34,026 nucleotides of DNA from Basidiobolus meristosporus CBS 931.73. Taxonomy: Eukaryota; Fungi; Basidiobolomycota. The DNA is taken from positions 1 to 34,026 of the forward strand of contig MCFE01000808.1 of the NCBI GenBank assembly GCA_002104905.1, written 5' to 3'. Every line of letters begins with the position of its first letter. Position 1 is the first letter of the stretch. Positions 32,401-34,026 of the stretch are shown one piece after another. The notes under the pieces are model-generated. The model had not been told where the DNA came from, searched no databases, and saw only the letters and a program-made list of their open reading frames with translations. The translations under genes were made by a program, and so were the position numbers.

Positions 32401-33325
32401 CAGCAAGTTTGAGATGAAAGATCTTGGAAAATTGAGCTATTTTCTTGGAATTGAGGTCAAATTTGACATACCTACGCAGAAAATTGTGCTGAATCAGTCT
32501 AAGTACATCAGGGACATTCTTAGACGCTTCAAAATGGAAAATTGCAAACCTGCAGCAACCCCTATGGACAATAACCTGAAATTAAGCAAATCTCAGCCAG
32601 TTATGGATGAAAACGGCTCAAATATGGACCAAAACTTTCCCTATCAATCAATGGTCGGTAGCCTAATGTACTTGATGGTGTCTACACGTCCAGATATTGC
32701 AGTAGCAGTTGGAATAGTCAGTCAATTCATGCAGAATTATGGATCAGATCAAATTGCAGCAGTTAAGCGGATTTTCAGATATCTACAAGGTACCATAAAT
32801 ATGGTACTGGAATACTCTGGAGCAGCTAATAGGCAAAAATTTGATGGTTATAGTGATTCAGATTGGGGTAGAGATCTGATTGACAGACGCTCTACCACAG
32901 GCTATGTATTTCTTTATGCTGGTGCAGCTATTACTTGGAATTGCAAGAAACAACCAACTGTGGCACTATCTACAACTGAAGCCGAATATATGGCTGCATG
33001 TCAAGCAACTAAGGAGGCTATATGGCTACAAAAATTATTCAAAGACTTAGGTTTTAATTCAGGTGAACCAACATGTATTTACAAGGATAATCAAAGTTGT
33101 ATTTCATTAGCTAGAAATCCTACTAATCATGCCAGAACTAAGCACATTGATATACAGCATCACTTTGTGAGGGAAGCTGTAGAAAATAACTTAGTAGAGC
33201 TGGTTTACTGCCCAACTGACAAAATGGTGGCAGACATATTGACAAAACCACTAGCTAGGCCACAGTTTGAGATCCTTAGAGAGAAATTGGGATTAAGAAA
33301 TTATTTAGTTGAGGGGGAGTGTTGA
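29408..33325 (+). CDS. gag-pol: Copia gag-pol polyprotein (gag, zinc knuckle, PR, IN, RT, RNase H)
   Basis: [99 protein letters not shown]. Integrase precedes RT, the Copia order. Confidence 0.98.
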   Translation: MTSTSKQSNTNIFPVKERFDGKNYRLWRIKMQIHLEERKLWNIVTGKEVEPKGTAEDVEKFQEKERKAFNAICINVQDSFIGQIHASNTAKAAWESLEKIFRAKSVSSKLYLKRKFFNMRKKPDDDMLQLITRMETLAEELYSINAGVDDEEKILCLLCSLPDEYEPLILSFESREDNLTLDYVKGRLLHEELRRNDQAEKIEDNALFSSERHTEKKGKQQNRRKPGCCNYCKKPGHWARECKKKQADEKQKLEQANHITTDEQLFVTVQESASNRSNEWYIDSGASQHICGIKDWFSNLKTIPVRKVYLGDNSALEATASGSIQLNMSDNSGATTAKLTDVLYVPGIAKNLLSVSKATTQGLKFVFTKLSCSILSENGQKLASGIRDHNIYKLQCKIIVPEYVNIAETDETNWETWHRRLGHIGEQKMSQLVKNQLVLGLKYSIPIKLNVCKGCSYGKQARQRFKSSEGINTTEILAIVHSDICGPMRTLSFGAKRYFMTFIDDKTRYTWVYFLKTKDEALETFKHFKNMAETQTGCKLKVLRSDNGGEYCSKEFAKYCLSTGILQQTTVPHTPQQNGVAERANRTIVEMGRSMLHDKGMDYKFWAESVATAVYIKNRCPTTALRDSTPFEAYTGKKPDLQHLRIFGSDVFYHIPDKKRSKLEPKSRKGIFLGYCEGTKGYRVYDGKIQKLIKSRDVVFEENSDQKATEIIGQLPDDAINTNEEDTYQIQPEMEDTSTSSRSEQIIPVRRSTRIRNAPGSWWQTSNDHEEAYLALCAKPQNLEQAMQGPDATKWQQAMQEEYQSLIKAKTWELVDLPNGRKPIGCRWVYKIKITSNGAVDKYKARLVAKGYSQIQGLDFKETFAPVAKFNSIRTVLALAAVHSLDLHQMDVKTAFLNGDLQETIYMEQPEGFTDPKSPHKVCKLRKSLYGLKQAPRAWYNKIDTYLEEIGFSRSTADHSIYVKQLKKGVIILVLYVDDLIIATSDQEALKQTKSDLFSKFEMKDLGKLSYFLGIEVKFDIPTQKIVLNQSKYIRDILRRFKMENCKPAATPMDNNLKLSKSQPVMDENGSNMDQNFPYQSMVGSLMYLMVSTRPDIAVAVGIVSQFMQNYGSDQIAAVKRIFRYLQGTINMVLEYSGAANRQKFDGYSDSDWGRDLIDRRSTTGYVFLYAGAAITWNCKKQPTVALSTTEAEYMAACQATKEAIWLQKLFKDLGFNSGEPTCIYKDNQSCISLARNPTNHARTKHIDIQHHFVREAVENNLVELVYCPTDKMVADILTKPLARPQFEILREKLGLRNYLVEGEC
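33311..33319 (+). promoter_or_regulatory. Copia polypurine tract
   Basis: GAGGGGGAG immediately before the 3' LTR; it lies inside the ORF. Confidence 0.9.
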
Positions 33326-33688
33326 AATATTGGACTATTTGGTATCATTCAGCAGCTAAAAATTTACTTAACAATTCTAGGCTAGTCTTAGTCACTGTAG
33401 GACTCATTTACTGCCTTAACTTCGCCACTTTCTCCAGATATATGATCTTATGATTATTCCCCTATAGTCAGGATCAAATTAGCACTATTACCAAACATTA
33501 TGTACTAACCCTGAAACTGTTACAGAATGCTCCTAAATATTGAGAAACCCTCCCTACTTAGTGTTGCAGCTGTATTACTTCTACAAAGGTATAAATACTG
33601 AGCTTCTTTATGAATAAACAACAGTTCAACTATTATCACTATTTCTTGATAAGTTCCTTATATCCAAATCACTTCTTAAATTGCAACA
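33320..33688 (+). repeat. Copia 3' LTR
   Basis: Identical direct repeat of 29003-29371. Confidence 0.98.
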
Positions 33689-34026
33689 AAAACATGGTAT
33701 AACAAGATTAACACACATATCTAGAGGAATTCGGGTTCTCTTGTAGCACTGCAGATCACAGTATTGATGTAAAGCAGCTCAAAAAGGGTGTGACCATCCT
33801 AGTTCTTTATGTGGACAACCTAATTATAGCAACAAGTGACCAAGAGGCACTTAAACAGAAAAAATCAGATCCCTTCAGCAAGTTGGAGATGAAAGATCTT
33901 GAAAATTGAGCTATTTTCTTGGAATTGAAGTCAAATTTGACAAACCTACGCAGAAAACTGTGCTGAATCAGTCTGAGTACATCAGGGATGCTCTTAGATA
34001 CTTCAAAATGGAAAATTGCAAAGCTG
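33689..34026 (+). mobile_element. Continuation of the decayed Copia copy (RT region; runs off the window)
   Basis: Aligns with about 32216-32550 and joins 29002 seamlessly (caggcacca-aaaac-atggtataacaag vs intact caggcacccagagcatggtataacaag). Catalytic YVDD has become YVDN. Confidence 0.95.

Larger units (their letters stand above)
29003..33688 (+). mobile_element. Intact Ty1/Copia LTR retrotransposon (4686 bp)
   Basis: Two 369-bp LTRs with no mismatch seen; 5-bp TSD AAAAC (28998-29002 and 33689-33693); PBS, PPT and an uninterrupted 1305-aa ORF. Confidence 0.98.

Overview
This is a eukaryotic window made almost entirely of nested transposons; I found no host gene, RNA gene or CRISPR array. 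The oldest layer is several decayed fragments of a CACTA/EnSpm (CMC)-like DNA transposon, with a transposase plus two uncharacterised ORFs called ORF-B and ORF-C here. Inserted into it are: (i) a complete 3402-bp PHIS (PIF/Harbinger-ISL2EU group, Pangu-like) element at 10040-13441, with 15-bp TIRs, an AAT target duplication, a CpG-free DDE transposase and a divergent CpG-rich accessory gene whose N-terminus looks Bro-N-like; (ii) an older transposase-less derivative of it at 6409-8986, itself carrying a 293-bp MITE; (iii) a full-length Ty3/Gypsy element at 13804-18741 (minus strand, two nonsense mutations); and (iv) five insertions of one Ty1/Copia family with a half-tRNAiMet primer site, including an intact copy with identical LTRs (29003-33688) nested in an older copy that is apparently nested in a third copy. 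Reciprocal CG>TG/CA changes throughout point to heavy CpG methylation. The primer sites suggest a non-plant, non-animal host, probably a fungus (inference). All alignments and mismatch counts were done by eye.
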